Shown: positions 47,124 through 57,582 of the stretch, piece by piece
Layout of the letters: every line of letters starts with the position of its first letter
How positions within the stretch are numbered: position 1 is the stretch's first letter
Assembly: GCA_963790305.1 (NCBI GenBank)
Contig: CAWBOC010000005.1
Location: 256,001-320,000 of the forward strand
Source of the DNA: an uncultured Gemmatimonadaceae bacterium
GTDB lineage: Bacteria; Gemmatimonadota; Gemmatimonadetes; Gemmatimonadales; Gemmatimonadaceae
DNA length: 64,000 nucleotides
Direction of reading: 5' to 3'
The notes under the pieces: model-generated
The model's database searches: none
The model's input: the letters and a program-made list of their open reading frames with translations, nothing else
Told to the model about the DNA's origin: nothing
Program-made: the position numbers and the translations under genes

Positions 47124-47876
47124 ATGCTGCTCAAAGGGAAGTCGGCGATCGTGACCGGTGCCGGGTCTGGGATCGGTCGCGCCGTGGCGATCGCGTACGC
47201 GCGCGCCGGAGCACGCGTCATCGTTTCCGACATCGCCGAGGATGCGGGCAAGGAGACCGTTCGTCTCGTGACGAAGAACGTCTCGGGCGCCAATGCGGTG
47301 TTCGTGCGCGCCGACGCCTCGAGCGCGAAGGACCACGCGGCGCTGGCGCAGGCGGCGGTCGACCGTTTCGGCGCGCTCCACATCGCCTGCAACAACGCGG
47401 GAATCGGCGGCGAGCTGAACTTCGTCGCGGCCATGAGCGTCGAGGGATGGCGCAAGGTCATCGACGTGAACCTCACCGGCGTGTTCTACGCGATGCAGGC
47501 ACAAATTCCGCCCATGCTTCAGACGGGCGGCGGTGCGATCGTAAACATGGCGTCGATCCTCGGCCAGGTTGGAACGAAGGGGTCGGCCGGCTACGTCGCC
47601 GCGAAGCACGGCGTGCTCGGCCTCACGCAGACCGCGGCGCTCGAGTATGCGGAGCAGGGAATCCGCGTGAACGCCGTCGGTCCCGGCTACATCGACACGC
47701 CGTTGCTGGACTCCCTCTCCCCCAAGGTGAAAGCCGCGCTCATCGAGCTGCATCCCATCGGCCGCCTGGGCCGCCCCGAGGAAGTCGCCGATCTCGTGGT
47801 CTGGCTGAGCAGCGACCAGGCGGCGTTCGTCACTGGTGCGTATTACCCGGTCGACGGAGGCTATCTCGCACGTTGA
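47124..47876 (+). CDS. SDR family oxidoreductase
   Basis: TGAGSGIG, NNAG, YVAAK, DGG. Confidence 0.92.
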   Translation: MLLKGKSAIVTGAGSGIGRAVAIAYARAGARVIVSDIAEDAGKETVRLVTKNVSGANAVFVRADASSAKDHAALAQAAVDRFGALHIACNNAGIGGELNFVAAMSVEGWRKVIDVNLTGVFYAMQAQIPPMLQTGGGAIVNMASILGQVGTKGSAGYVAAKHGVLGLTQTAALEYAEQGIRVNAVGPGYIDTPLLDSLSPKVKAALIELHPIGRLGRPEEVADLVVWLSSDQAAFVTGAYYPVDGGYLAR

Positions 47877-47942
47877 GATCCGGCGTGATCCGAACTGACG
47901 ACGCGAACGTCCATCGCCTCGAGCCGGCGAAAGAACCGAGCG

Positions 47943-49208
47943 TTACAGGCTCTTGAGATACTCGCCGAGATCGCGCTTCTGCTGATCGCTCAGTCGTAGA
48001 TTGAGCACGCGGTCGTAGTGCTGGATGACATCGGCGAGGGTCGCCGCGCTGCCGTCATGGAAATATGGCGGATGCTGCCAGAGTGCGCGGAGCGGGGTCG
48101 TCCGATACCTCTTGTTCGCGGTACGCATCGCGTAGGCTCCGTCCATGCCAGTCTCCGACGGCACGTGCAGTGTCCCGGCGTTGTTGTCCGTATTCGTGCC
48201 GCCAACGTGACACCGCACGCACCTGTCGTTGAAGACCGTCCGCCCGCGCTCGGCGGCAGCGACATCGAAGCTGCCGGCTGGCGGTCGTGGCGCCGCGATG
48301 CTGTGCTGGTAGCTACGCAATGCGGCCAGCTTCGGGGCTACCAGGTCGGGCGATTGCCTGATATCGATGCCGAGACGTGGATCGGAGAAGTCGCCCTGTC
48401 CGTGCATCTGGGTGATCGCGACATAGGCATTCCAGTAGGACATCGGACCCTCGGCCGTGAACGTCTCGTTCTGCACCTGCGCCAGACCGTAGGCGGGCGG
48501 TAAGACGAGGGGTGTACTCTTACCATCAAAGTTGTAGCGCGGATCGTATTTGCCAGGACCCCATGAGTTGTAGACCGCCTTCTGCGCCGGCGTAATGGCC
48601 GGCGAGAGCGCGACGATCGCACCGACGTTGAGGTCGAGGTTTGGCCATCCGTCTTGACGGCGCCCGATCCCCGGGGCGAATGAGTTGTCGACCGTGGAAT
48701 GACAAAGGGCGCAGGTGACGCCGAGGCGCGTGAGGCTGTCCCTGCCATTCACCGTGGTCACCGTGCCCTTGAGTCCGACGACCGCGTTGAGCTTGAGGAG
48801 CGCCACCGTCGTGGCCGGGCTGTTGAGGTCGACCTGGCCCGCCTTGATTGCTTGCGCGACAGCCGCTGGGATCGCGTCGGCGTCTACCTTGAGGCCCACC
48901 TTCAGGGCCGTCGCGGGGCTCACCGACGTCTGGACGACCTCGTGCATTCGCGCGGTGTCGGTCCAGAACTTCTCGTCGCCAAACGTCTCGAAGCGAAAGA
49001 TCTGCCGTCCTTCGGCAAGGGTCTGCGCCGACAGATCATCAGTCGCTGGCCCGCCACCGGTCGGCGTAGCCTGAGCCTCCTCGCGCGCGCTCTGTGGGGT
49101 GCAACCAGCCAGCATGATCAGCAGACTCAACGAGAGCGTGACGGTCGAGGCCAGGCGCATGCACCCGGTCGGGCTCGTTAGGGTGCGACGCATTCTGCGG
49201 ATAGACAT
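47943..49208 (-). CDS. Di-heme c-type cytochrome lipoprotein
   Basis: Two CxxCH motifs (CALCH, CVRCH); TTPLRALW..PPYFHDGS; lipobox LAGC; start uncertain. Confidence 0.75.
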   Translation of the reverse strand: MSIRRMRRTLTSPTGCMRLASTVTLSLSLLIMLAGCTPQSAREEAQATPTGGGPATDDLSAQTLAEGRQIFRFETFGDEKFWTDTARMHEVVQTSVSPATALKVGLKVDADAIPAAVAQAIKAGQVDLNSPATTVALLKLNAVVGLKGTVTTVNGRDSLTRLGVTCALCHSTVDNSFAPGIGRRQDGWPNLDLNVGAIVALSPAITPAQKAVYNSWGPGKYDPRYNFDGKSTPLVLPPAYGLAQVQNETFTAEGPMSYWNAYVAITQMHGQGDFSDPRLGIDIRQSPDLVAPKLAALRSYQHSIAAPRPPAGSFDVAAAERGRTVFNDRCVRCHVGGTNTDNNAGTLHVPSETGMDGAYAMRTANKRYRTTPLRALWQHPPYFHDGSAATLADVIQHYDRVLNLRLSDQQKRDLGEYLKSL

Positions 49209-49274
49209 GGTGTGGCCCTCCCAGTGACGTTCGATCGACGTGGACGGCTAACGAGGCACGGGCAGCTGTCATGA

Positions 49275-49925
49275 TCATGCGCGCTGATGCGCGAGGCTGA
49301 GAAACTCATCCCGCGTCATCGGGCACTCGCGGAACTGACCCCGCAGCGCACTCGTGATCGTCTTCGAGTTCTGCTTCTCGACCCCGCGCATCATCATGCA
49401 GAGGTGCATGGCTTCGACCACCACTCCTACGCCGCGTGGCTGCAAGATCGCCTCGATCGCCTGCGCAAGCTGCTCCGTGAGCCGCTCCTGTACCTGCAGA
49501 CGTCGCGCAAAGACTTCCACGATCCGTGGCAGCTTCGATAGGCCAACGATCTTCCCATCAGGGATGTAGGCGATGTGCACCTTCCCAAAGAACGGCAGCA
49601 TGTGGTGCTCGCACAGCGAGTACATCTCAATGTCGCGCACCATGATCATGCTCTCGTGCGTTTCCTCGAAGACGGCATCGCCGACCACATCACGCACATT
49701 CTCGTCGTAGCCTCGTGTGAGCCATGCGAGCGACTTCGCGACGCGCTCGGGCGTCTTGAGAAGTCCCTCCCGGTTGGCGCTCTCTCCCAGCAGCTCGAGC
49801 TGTCGCCGGACAAGTCCCGCGAATTCTTCTCGGTCCTCGGCGTCGGCGATCGACGTGGCCTCGAGCGTGAGATCCCCAACGTCGGAATCGGGCGCCATCC
49901 GGCGCCGGGCAGCTGCGTTAGGCAT
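49275..49925 (-). CDS. folE: GTP cyclohydrolase I
   Basis: [32 protein letters not shown]. Confidence 0.95.
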   Translation of the reverse strand: MPNAAARRRMAPDSDVGDLTLEATSIADAEDREEFAGLVRRQLELLGESANREGLLKTPERVAKSLAWLTRGYDENVRDVVGDAVFEETHESMIMVRDIEMYSLCEHHMLPFFGKVHIAYIPDGKIVGLSKLPRIVEVFARRLQVQERLTEQLAQAIEAILQPRGVGVVVEAMHLCMMMRGVEKQNSKTITSALRGQFRECPMTRDEFLSLAHQRA

Positions 49926-51502
49926 CACGTGGCCTCGCCGCTCGCCATTTGGGGCGCGAACGCGTTGGCGTCGTCCACCTCCAGCGCGACCTCTGCCTCC
50001 AGACTGGCGTGGTCTCTCCCGACGGTTGCGATCGCGAGCGCCTTGCCGTGCTGGCGGAACGTGACGGCACAGTCTCGGTCCTGCGGGTTCCCCGAGACCT
50101 GAATGTCATCCCATCGTTCCGCATGGCCCACGTACCGGATCGACACGTCGTAGTGTCGACTCCAGAAAAAGGGTACCGCATCGAACGGCTCGCGACGGCC
50201 CATCATGTTCCGCGCGGCGGTCTGGCCCATGCGCTGCGCGACAACCCAGTGCTCGACGCGGATGCGGTCGCCCGTGCGCGGGTCCGGATATCGGGCGACG
50301 TCTCCCGCCGCGAAGATCCCAGGCTCGCTCGTCTCGAGGTACTGGTCGACGAGAATGCCACGGTCCACGGCAAGCCCCGTGTATATCGCGAGCGCGTCAT
50401 TTGGGCGCACGCCGATTCCCGCGACGACCATGTCCGCGGGAATGTGCTCGCCATTGTCCAGCGTCACGCTCCCCGCATCGATCCGGCTTGCCGTACGTCC
50501 CAGGTGGAACGCGACGCCGTGTGCTTCGTGAAGGGCGCGAACGAAATCGCTGAGGTCTCGGCCCATGATGCGCTCCAGTGGGTTCGCCTCGGGCGCTACA
50601 ACGTGAACCTTGAGCCCGCGAGCGCGCAGTGAAGCGGCCACCTCGAGGCCGATAAAGCTGGCGCCAATGACCACCGCGGAATCCGCCGCCGTTGCGGCGG
50701 CGATGAGAGCGCGGCTATCGGCGAGGGTGCGCAGGTAGTGCACGCGACTCGCGTTGGGCACCGAGGTCGGCAAATGCACCGGGCTGGAGCCGGTCGCAAG
50801 GAGCAGCGCTCCGAATTGGTGAGAGGTACCGTCGTCGAGCACGATGCGCTTGCCAGCCGCGTCGATGACCGTCACCTCCCTGCCTAACAGGAGACGGATA
50901 CCGCGCTCCTCATGGAATTCCGGGCCGCGAAGCGGGATCCACTCTTCCGGAGCAGTGCCAGCCAGGTAGTCCTTGGAGAGATTCGGCCGGTCATACGGGG
51001 CGGATGTATCGGCACCGATGAGGGTGATCGACCCGGCGTAGCCCTCCCGGCGGAGCGTGTCCGCAGCAGAGTCACCCGCCGCTCCCGCGCCGACGATGAT
51101 GATTGACGACGGCACCGCTCCGCCTGCCGTCCGATCCAGCGCGGCGCCCGATCGCACGGGCGATGCGAGCTCGCCCGTCACGAAGATCATCCCGTTCCGC
51201 TGCTCGACCGTCCAGCGCGCCAGCGGGTTGAGGGCCGGGGCGCGGATCGCCTCGCCCGTCCGGAGATCGAAGGACGCGTGGTGCCAGGGGCACCGCACAG
51301 CACCTCCGACGACAAGACCGAGCGCAAGCGGGGCGCCGTAGTGCGTGCATTGCCCGCCGACGGCGAACACGTCGTTGCCTTCCCGCGCGAGAAGCACAGG
51401 CTTCCCGTCCGAGTGTCCCGCAAGCATTCCGCCATCGGGAATGAGCGACAAGGAGACGCCTTGCGCGAAATCAGGCCCGCTTACCTCAGTCTGTTCACTC
51501 AC
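49925..51502 (-). CDS. Rieske [2Fe-2S] plus FAD/NAD(P)H oxidoreductase (AIF3-like)
   Basis: CTHYGAPL...[31 protein letters not shown]. Confidence 0.9.
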   Translation of the reverse strand: MSEQTEVSGPDFAQGVSLSLIPDGGMLAGHSDGKPVLLAREGNDVFAVGGQCTHYGAPLALGLVVGGAVRCPWHHASFDLRTGEAIRAPALNPLARWTVEQRNGMIFVTGELASPVRSGAALDRTAGGAVPSSIIIVGAGAAGDSAADTLRREGYAGSITLIGADTSAPYDRPNLSKDYLAGTAPEEWIPLRGPEFHEERGIRLLLGREVTVIDAAGKRIVLDDGTSHQFGALLLATGSSPVHLPTSVPNASRVHYLRTLADSRALIAAATAADSAVVIGASFIGLEVAASLRARGLKVHVVAPEANPLERIMGRDLSDFVRALHEAHGVAFHLGRTASRIDAGSVTLDNGEHIPADMVVAGIGVRPNDALAIYTGLAVDRGILVDQYLETSEPGIFAAGDVARYPDPRTGDRIRVEHWVVAQRMGQTAARNMMGRREPFDAVPFFWSRHYDVSIRYVGHAERWDDIQVSGNPQDRDCAVTFRQHGKALAIATVGRDHASLEAEVALEVDDANAFAPQMASGEAT

Positions 51503-51600
51503 TGCGATCCCCCATGCGGAGTTGGAGGGTGGAGCGCGCCACGCCGTCGCGCCATTGTGGCGCGGCGGCGGTGCGCGGCGTTGCGGCGAGCGTCAAGGGC

Positions 51601-52185
51601 TCAGGTGCCAAGCTTCTTCCTGAGGTTTTCGGCCGCGATGCGGTGCGCATCGAAGGCCGGCGCGACTTTCTCGACAAACGCCTTGACCTCGCCGTTTTCA
51701 ATTGCCGGAAGGAGGGTACTCTGCACGGCGTTGATGACATCTTCGTGGAAGCGGACCTCATGATCGAGGAATGCCTTGTCGAACTCGGTGCCCTGTTTGG
51801 AGCGCAGGCTTGCCATGGCGTCCGCATGCGCCACCGCGCTCGCATCGTCGGCCGGCGGTGTTGGTGTCACGCCGAGCGCCTCGGCGAGGTCGCGTCCCTG
51901 CTGTCGGACAATCCTGTGGTCATGGACGAGCATCGCACCGAAGTCGCGGACCTCCTTCGTCGTGCCGCGCTCGACGGCCAGCTGACCAGTCTCGATGTCG
52001 GCCGTGTTCGCAGCATCGAAGATTGCGACGATGGTTGGGTCGTTCAGCGCCGCGCTCGGTTCGGATGACGACATTTCGGGAATGACGTCGCCCCTGGCCT
52101 CCGCCGGCTGGTCGTGGGACTGGCTGGTGCATGCCATCGTCGCGAGAGCGACGAAGGCGGCGAGTGCGGCGAAGCGCGTGCTCAT
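51601..52185 (-). CDS. DUF4142 (ferritin-like) lipoprotein
   Basis: Lipobox TMAC; VRDFGAMLVHDH; FDKAFLDHEVRFH. Confidence 0.82.
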   Translation of the reverse strand: MSTRFAALAAFVALATMACTSQSHDQPAEARGDVIPEMSSSEPSAALNDPTIVAIFDAANTADIETGQLAVERGTTKEVRDFGAMLVHDHRIVRQQGRDLAEALGVTPTPPADDASAVAHADAMASLRSKQGTEFDKAFLDHEVRFHEDVINAVQSTLLPAIENGEVKAFVEKVAPAFDAHRIAAENLRKKLGT

Positions 52186-52233
52186 AGGTGTTTCCTCTGT
52201 GTGTCCTGTCGTCGAGCGCCATCCTGTAGATTG

Positions 52234-52267
52234 AGCGTACCAGCGGCGTTCTGAAGAAAGCATGAAG
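52234..52267 (-). promoter_or_regulatory. Putative OmpR-family box plus -10 element for the DUF4142 operon
   Basis: CTTCA-N6-CTTCA-N12-TACGCT on the minus strand. Confidence 0.55.
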
Positions 52268-52322
52268 ATGTCAGGAAGCTTCGCTTAGCCCAGCCTCGCC
52301 TCGCTCGAAGGAATCGTCAGGC

Positions 52323-53561
52323 ATGTCGGTACCATTGATTGCCAACGCGCCCTCAACACAGGAACGTCTCAGAGCACTCGAGGCGGCTACCTCAGCGCTC
52401 ATCACCGAGGTCTCTCTCGACGGGGTGCTCCGGCGCGTAGTGCATGTGGCCGCGCAAGTGATCGGGGCACGGTACGCGGCGATCGGGGTTGTCGGGCCCG
52501 ACGGGAAGACCCTGGAGAGCTTCACGGTTCACGGCATCGACCCGGAGCTCGAGCAAAGAATGGGACCGCCACCGCACGGCCACGGCGTCCTTGGCCTCGT
52601 CATGCGAGAAGGCCGTCCAATCCGGTTGTCGGACCTGACCACGCACCCCGACTCCTATGGCTATCCGCCGCATCACCCGCCGATGCACTCGTTCCTCGGC
52701 GTTCCGATACTTGGAAGCCGGGGGGGCTTCGGCACCCTCTACCTGACGGAGAAGATCGGAGGCGAGGCGTTCACCGAGGAGGACGAGGACATCGCGATTC
52801 TTCTCGCCGCCAAGACCGCCGCCGCCGTCGAGAACGCGCGTCACCACGAGGAGAGCGCACGGCTACTGGAGGAGGTGCAGCAACTCCATCGCGCTCGGGA
52901 GCGGTTCTTCGCGATGGTCAACCACGAGCTCCGGAATGCACTGGCGGCGGTCCACGGCTGGTCGGAGATGCTGGTGCGGAAACGGGATCCCGCAACGGTT
53001 CCCCGCGCCGCCTTCGAAGTTCTGGACTCAGCGCAGTACGCGGTCACGCTGATCAACGACCTCCTGGACTTGAGCCGCCTGGACGAGGATCGCCTGCAGC
53101 CGGTCATCAGAGCAGTCGATGCCACCTCGATCGCCCGCCGCGCGATAAGCCTCGTCACTCCTGCGGCTGAGCGGAAACAGGTCACGCTTCAACTGGCGGC
53201 CGACGCCGAGTTGCCGAACTGTGAAACGGACGCGAGCCGGGTTGAGCAGATCCTGGTCAATCTGCTCGGCAATGCCATCAAATATGCCCCGGAGCGCAGC
53301 ACGGTCCGGGTCGGCGTCACGGCGCGCGACCGGCGAGTCGTATACACCGTGGAGGATGCGGGCCCTGGCGTGGCAGCGGATGATGTCGAACGGGTCTTCG
53401 ACATCTATGTGACCAAGGTGGGCGAAGAAAGTCGCGGCCTCGGCCTCGGCCTACCCCTCTCGCGTCGGCTCGCAAGGCTGCTCGGAGGTGAGCTCCACGC
53501 AGTTGCCCTTCCCGGAAAGGGCGGCTGCTTCGTTCTGGAGGTCCCCGCCAGTGAGAGATGA
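52323..53561 (+). CDS. GAF-domain sensor histidine kinase (cytoplasmic)
   Basis: GAF HPPMHSFLGVP; NHELRN H-box; NLLGNAIKY; DAGPG; GLGLGL. Confidence 0.9.
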   Translation: MSVPLIANAPSTQERLRALEAATSALITEVSLDGVLRRVVHVAAQVIGARYAAIGVVGPDGKTLESFTVHGIDPELEQRMGPPPHGHGVLGLVMREGRPIRLSDLTTHPDSYGYPPHHPPMHSFLGVPILGSRGGFGTLYLTEKIGGEAFTEEDEDIAILLAAKTAAAVENARHHEESARLLEEVQQLHRARERFFAMVNHELRNALAAVHGWSEMLVRKRDPATVPRAAFEVLDSAQYAVTLINDLLDLSRLDEDRLQPVIRAVDATSIARRAISLVTPAAERKQVTLQLAADAELPNCETDASRVEQILVNLLGNAIKYAPERSTVRVGVTARDRRVVYTVEDAGPGVAADDVERVFDIYVTKVGEESRGLGLGLPLSRRLARLLGGELHAVALPGKGGCFVLEVPASER

Positions 53562-53618
53562 AGAGATCTTCACGTCAATTTCCGGAGGGACTCAGCATCA
53601 CGGAGTAGATATCGAGCC

Positions 53619-54329
53619 ATGAGAGTTCTTGTCGTCGAAGACGATCGCAAGGTTGCCGGATTCATCGAGCACGGATTGCGGGAGGAGGGATACGCCGTAG
53701 ATCTGGCCCGCGATGGGGACGAGGCCACGATGCTGGCGCACGTCAACGAATACGACGTCATTCTGCTCGACGTCGTGCTTCCGAAGAAGAACGGGTTCCA
53801 GATCGCCGCAGAGCTCCGACGCGAAGGGCGGACGACCCCGATCCTGATGCTCACCTCCCGCGATGCCGCCGAGGACGTGGTGCGTGGGTTGGACGCGGGC
53901 GCGGATGACTATCTGGCCAAGCCATTTCCGTTCGACGTACTGCTGGCCCGAATCCGGGCGCTGTATCGTCGTGGCGGGGCGGAGCGGCTCGACGTGTTGC
54001 AGTATGGCGCAGTGGCCCTTGACCGGCTGCGCCACGTCGCCACGGTCAACGACCGCCAACTGGATCTCACGCCAAAGGAGTTTCAGCTTCTCGAGTTCTT
54101 CCTCTTGCATTCCGAGGAGGTGGTCCGTCGCACGACGCTTCTCGAGAAGGTGTGGGAGATGCAGTTCGATCCCGAGAGCAACGTCGTGGATGTTCACGTC
54201 GGGAATTTGCGACGGAAGCTGACGGCGGCAGCCGGTGAGCAGTTGCTCTCGACCGTCCGTGGAGTGGGTTTCACGCTCCGCCGCATCGACCAAAGAAGTC
54301 TTCGAGAAACCTTCACGCGTCCTTCATGA
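53619..54329 (+). CDS. OmpR/PhoB family response regulator
   Basis: VVEDD, LLDV, GADDYLAKPF, LTPKEF, TVRGVGF. Confidence 0.93.
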   Translation: MRVLVVEDDRKVAGFIEHGLREEGYAVDLARDGDEATMLAHVNEYDVILLDVVLPKKNGFQIAAELRREGRTTPILMLTSRDAAEDVVRGLDAGADDYLAKPFPFDVLLARIRALYRRGGAERLDVLQYGAVALDRLRHVATVNDRQLDLTPKEFQLLEFFLLHSEEVVRRTTLLEKVWEMQFDPESNVVDVHVGNLRRKLTAAAGEQLLSTVRGVGFTLRRIDQRSLRETFTRPS

Positions 54330-54344
54330 CCGGTTGGCTAACGT
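54311..54344 (+). promoter_or_regulatory. Putative OmpR-family box plus -10 element for DUF2934-gap
   Basis: CTTCA-N6-CTTCA-N12-TAACGT. Confidence 0.55.
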
Positions 54345-54447
54345 TCACTCGACCCTTCCGAGACATGAGGACGCGGCTCTTGTGATTCGATGGAGTCCTC
54401 ACGATCCCGGACGCAGCAACCACCACCGGATTTGAGGAGATGCACGC

Positions 54448-54747
54448 ATGGCGAAGCATGAGAGGGAGGTCCCCCTGCATGGGACATTGAGCGGTACGGA
54501 GGGCACGCAACTCGCCGACAGATCCGCAAACGAGCATGACAGCCATGACTCGACGGCCGATCGGGTCCGGATGCGAGCGTACGAGCTCTACCTCGAACGG
54601 GGGACCGATCCGGACAATCCATTGGAAGACTGGCTGCAGGCGGAGCGCGAATTCGAGGGCGCGCCTGACGAGGAGACAGACACTCTGGAATTCGTCGCAC
54701 CTCGAGGAGGATTGCCGGGCGGAGGGCCACCGCATGCGAGACTCTGA
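54448..54747 (+). CDS. DUF2934 domain protein
   Basis: VRMRAYELYLERG...EDWLQAERE; GAGGAG RBS. Confidence 0.85.
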   Translation: MAKHEREVPLHGTLSGTEGTQLADRSANEHDSHDSTADRVRMRAYELYLERGTDPDNPLEDWLQAEREFEGAPDEETDTLEFVAPRGGLPGGGPPHARL

Positions 54748-54770
54748 CGTGAAACGCGGGAGGACGTAGA

Positions 54771-55786
54771 ATGACTACCAGGGTTGCCATCAACGGGCTT
54801 GGACGGATCGGTCGGTCTCTCCTGAAGCTCGTGATCGATCATCCGGGATTCGAGCTGGTCGCCGTCAATGACCTCATAGGCGCGGAGAACCTTGCGTACC
54901 TCCTTCGCCTGGATACGGTGTACGGTCGCTACGGAAAGTCGGTTCTGACCAAGGAGGGTGAGCTGGTCATTGACGGCCGGCTCCTCCGAACGCTCAGCAG
55001 TCCGGGATCCGTTGGAGCTTCCCGTGGAAGGAATTGGGCGTTGAGCTGGTGTTCGAGTGCACCGGTGCGCTGACACAAGAAGAAGATCTCGAGAAGCACC
55101 TTCGCGCGGGGGCGCGGGTCGTTCTCCTTTCGGCACCAGCGAGCGGAGGAGACGTGGAGACCATTGTCTACGGTGCGAACGAAGCCACCGGCGCATCATC
55201 CATCATTTCTTGCGCAAGCTGCACGACCAACTGTATCACGCCGATCGTCGAGGTGATCGGCCGCCGCATCGGGTTTACGAAAGCTGCGATGACGACGGTG
55301 CACGCCTATACGTCGTCTCAGTCGATCGTCGATGGCCCAAGCAAGCGCTTTCGTCGCGGCCGCGCCGGCGCGGCCAATCTCGTCCCGGCTACCACCGGCG
55401 CCGCGCGCGCGACGACACGGGCATTGCCCGAGTATGCCGGACTGTTCGATGGGATCGCCATCCGGGCCCCAGTTCCCGTCGGCTCCATTGCGGACCTTAC
55501 GTTCGTGACCGCTCGAAAGACAACGACCGAGGAGGTGAACCAGGTCCTGACGGAGGAATCCGAGACTGATCGCTACGCTGGCGTGCTCGGCGTCTCGCAG
55601 GATCCGCTGGTCAGCTCGGACGTTATCGGCGACCCGCGCGCGTCCATTATCGATCTCGACCTTACCCGAGTGATCGACGGAGATTTGGTCAAGGTCATGA
55701 GCTGGTACGACAACGAGTGGGGCTACGCCAATCAGATGCTTCGGCAAGCGGTGTCCATGATGCGCGCAGACGCGATCGCCGCGTAG
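54771..55786 (+). CDS. gap: Type I glyceraldehyde-3-phosphate dehydrogenase, split by two +1 insertions near 55002 and 55021
   Basis: INGLGRIGR; SCASCTTNC; WYDNEWGY; removing one C at each site restores SSRDPLELPWKELGVELVF. Confidence 0.88.
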
Positions 55787-55957
55787 AGAGCGGCTGGAGT
55801 GGATGCGGTGCGCGGCAATGTCGCCGCGGGAACTTGTGAGGCGCCTCACGCGTTGACCATACGAGGGCGTCTCTGAGCCTTCGATTCGCGACGCAGTCGA
55901 TTTCTCCGATGTCGCCGCGCGCACGCCCAAAGCGGTTTCTGCTTCCGAGGATTGTGC

Positions 55958-56074
55958 ATGATCGCATTCCCAGTCTTGTCACTCGCTGCTCGTCGCCGCG
56001 GAGGCCACGGCAGCACGGCGCGCACGTTGGCGGGTGCGTACCGCGCCCGCGGCATCGGTCACGATCCTCCATGA
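55958..56074 (+). CDS. Putative leader peptide, 38 aa, ending DPP-stop
   Basis: MIAFPVLSLAARRRGGHGSTARTLAGAYRARGIGHDPP*, GAGG shortly upstream, followed by two hairpins. Confidence 0.4.
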   Translation: MIAFPVLSLAARRRGGHGSTARTLAGAYRARGIGHDPP

Positions 56075-56133
56075 GCGCAGGGTTCGCGTAGGCCATCTCC
56101 TCTCTGGAGATGGCCAGTAAGGCACACGCGATG

Positions 56134-56172
56134 ACCGCCCCACCTGCGCTGTATGCCAGGTGGGGCGGTTTT
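56134..56172 (+). terminator. Terminator-like hairpin upstream of the dksA-like gene
   Basis: 13-bp stem ACCGCCCCACCTG/CAGGTGGGGCGGT followed by a short T run. Confidence 0.55.
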
Positions 56173-56233
56173 CATCACAGGCGCCACTGCGAAGGGCGAC
56201 CGCGTAAACCTCATGTCCAAGCAGGAGATCACT

Positions 56234-56575
56234 ATGCCTCGCCAACAAATTCTATCCCGCCGCCAGCTGCGTGAGCTGGAAGCGGAGCTCCTCAGCGAGC
56301 GCAAGCGGCTCGAGCGGTCCATGGATGTCGACACGTACATGGATGAATCGCTGTGGAACGGCGATGTCGGCATTACGACGCTGACAGACGGCGGCGTGGG
56401 TGGCGGAGTTCAGACTCAGACTCACGCACGCTACGACGCGATCGTCAACGCGCTCGATCGACTCGCGACAGGAAGCTATGGCACGTGCGCGGGATGCGAC
56501 CGTCCCATTTCATACGGGCGGCTCATCGTGATGCCCGAAGTGCGGCACTGCATCGCGTGCGGCTCGCGACCCTGA
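56234..56575 (+). CDS. TraR/DksA C4-type zinc finger protein
   Basis: ALDRLATGSYGTCAGCDRPISYGRLIVMPEVRHCIAC; AGGAG RBS. Confidence 0.85.
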   Translation: MPRQQILSRRQLRELEAELLSERKRLERSMDVDTYMDESLWNGDVGITTLTDGGVGGGVQTQTHARYDAIVNALDRLATGSYGTCAGCDRPISYGRLIVMPEVRHCIACGSRP

Positions 56576-56611
56576 GTCGCACTCCTTTCTCATCAACTCG
56601 CTGAGGTTCAT

Positions 56612-57532
56612 ATGACCACACAACTCGCACCACACCGCCTGGATCTGCCGCCGCCGTCGCAATTGGATCTTGTCGACATGGATCGCGTGGTCGGCTGGAT
56701 CGACGGAAGTCGTGTGGGGTTTCTCGGCTTCGCCGATGAGCAAGAGACCGCCAGCGCTGCGTGGTTGGCGTATCGAACGATCTCACGCCGGTTGGCGCGT
56801 CGGCTCGGCATACGGCCGATTCCCATTGACACCGAGCCGCTGGCGCTTGCTCAGGAAGAGAATCACGAGGTGATTCTCGCCAGCGGGCGTCCCATCGCGA
56901 CGTTGCTGCGGCCTGGCAGCGATTCGCGAAGCGGACCTCACGCGTTCGGCTTCACAGTGAACCTGCCGTCTCCTCTCGACGCGCTGACGGTCCGCTCGAC
57001 GGCGTATGCGCTCTATCGAACGCTGCGGAAGTCCGGACTTCGGTGGGCGCTGTGGATCCGCGAACCAAGCTCAGTTCCCGCAAGACCCCCTTCTCCCGCT
57101 AAGGAGGCCGTCGTGTCACGTCCACGCAATTACGTGAGCGCCGTTCCGGCGCCTCAGCCGGCTATCACGGTCGTCACGGCAACCGTGATGGCGGCCCTCG
57201 CACTCGTCACGATGGTCGTCCTTTTCGTGACCGCCACTGCGGCAGTGACTGTGCCGATCGGCCTCGTGCTGGCCATGGGCGCAGTGGCCACGACCGGCCT
57301 CATGGGGAGAGAGCGTCGAAAGAGGAACGCTCGAGGAGGGAGCAGCCGGCCTAACGTGCGTCGTGCGACCCCCGAATCGCCCGATGTGCCCGGCTGGGAC
57401 GAGCTCGGCGTTCTGAGCGCCGTCATTCTGGTGATGGCCTTCCTCGTCCCGCCGGCACTCGGCCTGGGATTCCTCGCCGTCGGGTTTGCCGGGCTGCTCG
57501 TCTTTCGCCTCGCCGTGATGTACCGGCGATGA
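56612..57532 (+). CDS. Hypothetical membrane protein
   Basis: 306-aa ORF with GAGG RBS; soluble N-domain and about four C-terminal hydrophobic segments. Confidence 0.65.
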   Translation: MTTQLAPHRLDLPPPSQLDLVDMDRVVGWIDGSRVGFLGFADEQETASAAWLAYRTISRRLARRLGIRPIPIDTEPLALAQEENHEVILASGRPIATLLRPGSDSRSGPHAFGFTVNLPSPLDALTVRSTAYALYRTLRKSGLRWALWIREPSSVPARPPSPAKEAVVSRPRNYVSAVPAPQPAITVVTATVMAALALVTMVVLFVTATAAVTVPIGLVLAMGAVATTGLMGRERRKRNARGGSSRPNVRRATPESPDVPGWDELGVLSAVILVMAFLVPPALGLGFLAVGFAGLLVFRLAVMYRR

Positions 57533-57582
57533 CGAGCGTGCTGGAGCTCGACAGTGAGACGTGATTCACCATTTCCCTAACG

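Noticed and set aside
54990..55035. Split GAPDH as two proteins
   Set aside because: Removing two extra C bases in short C runs restores a normal continuous sequence.
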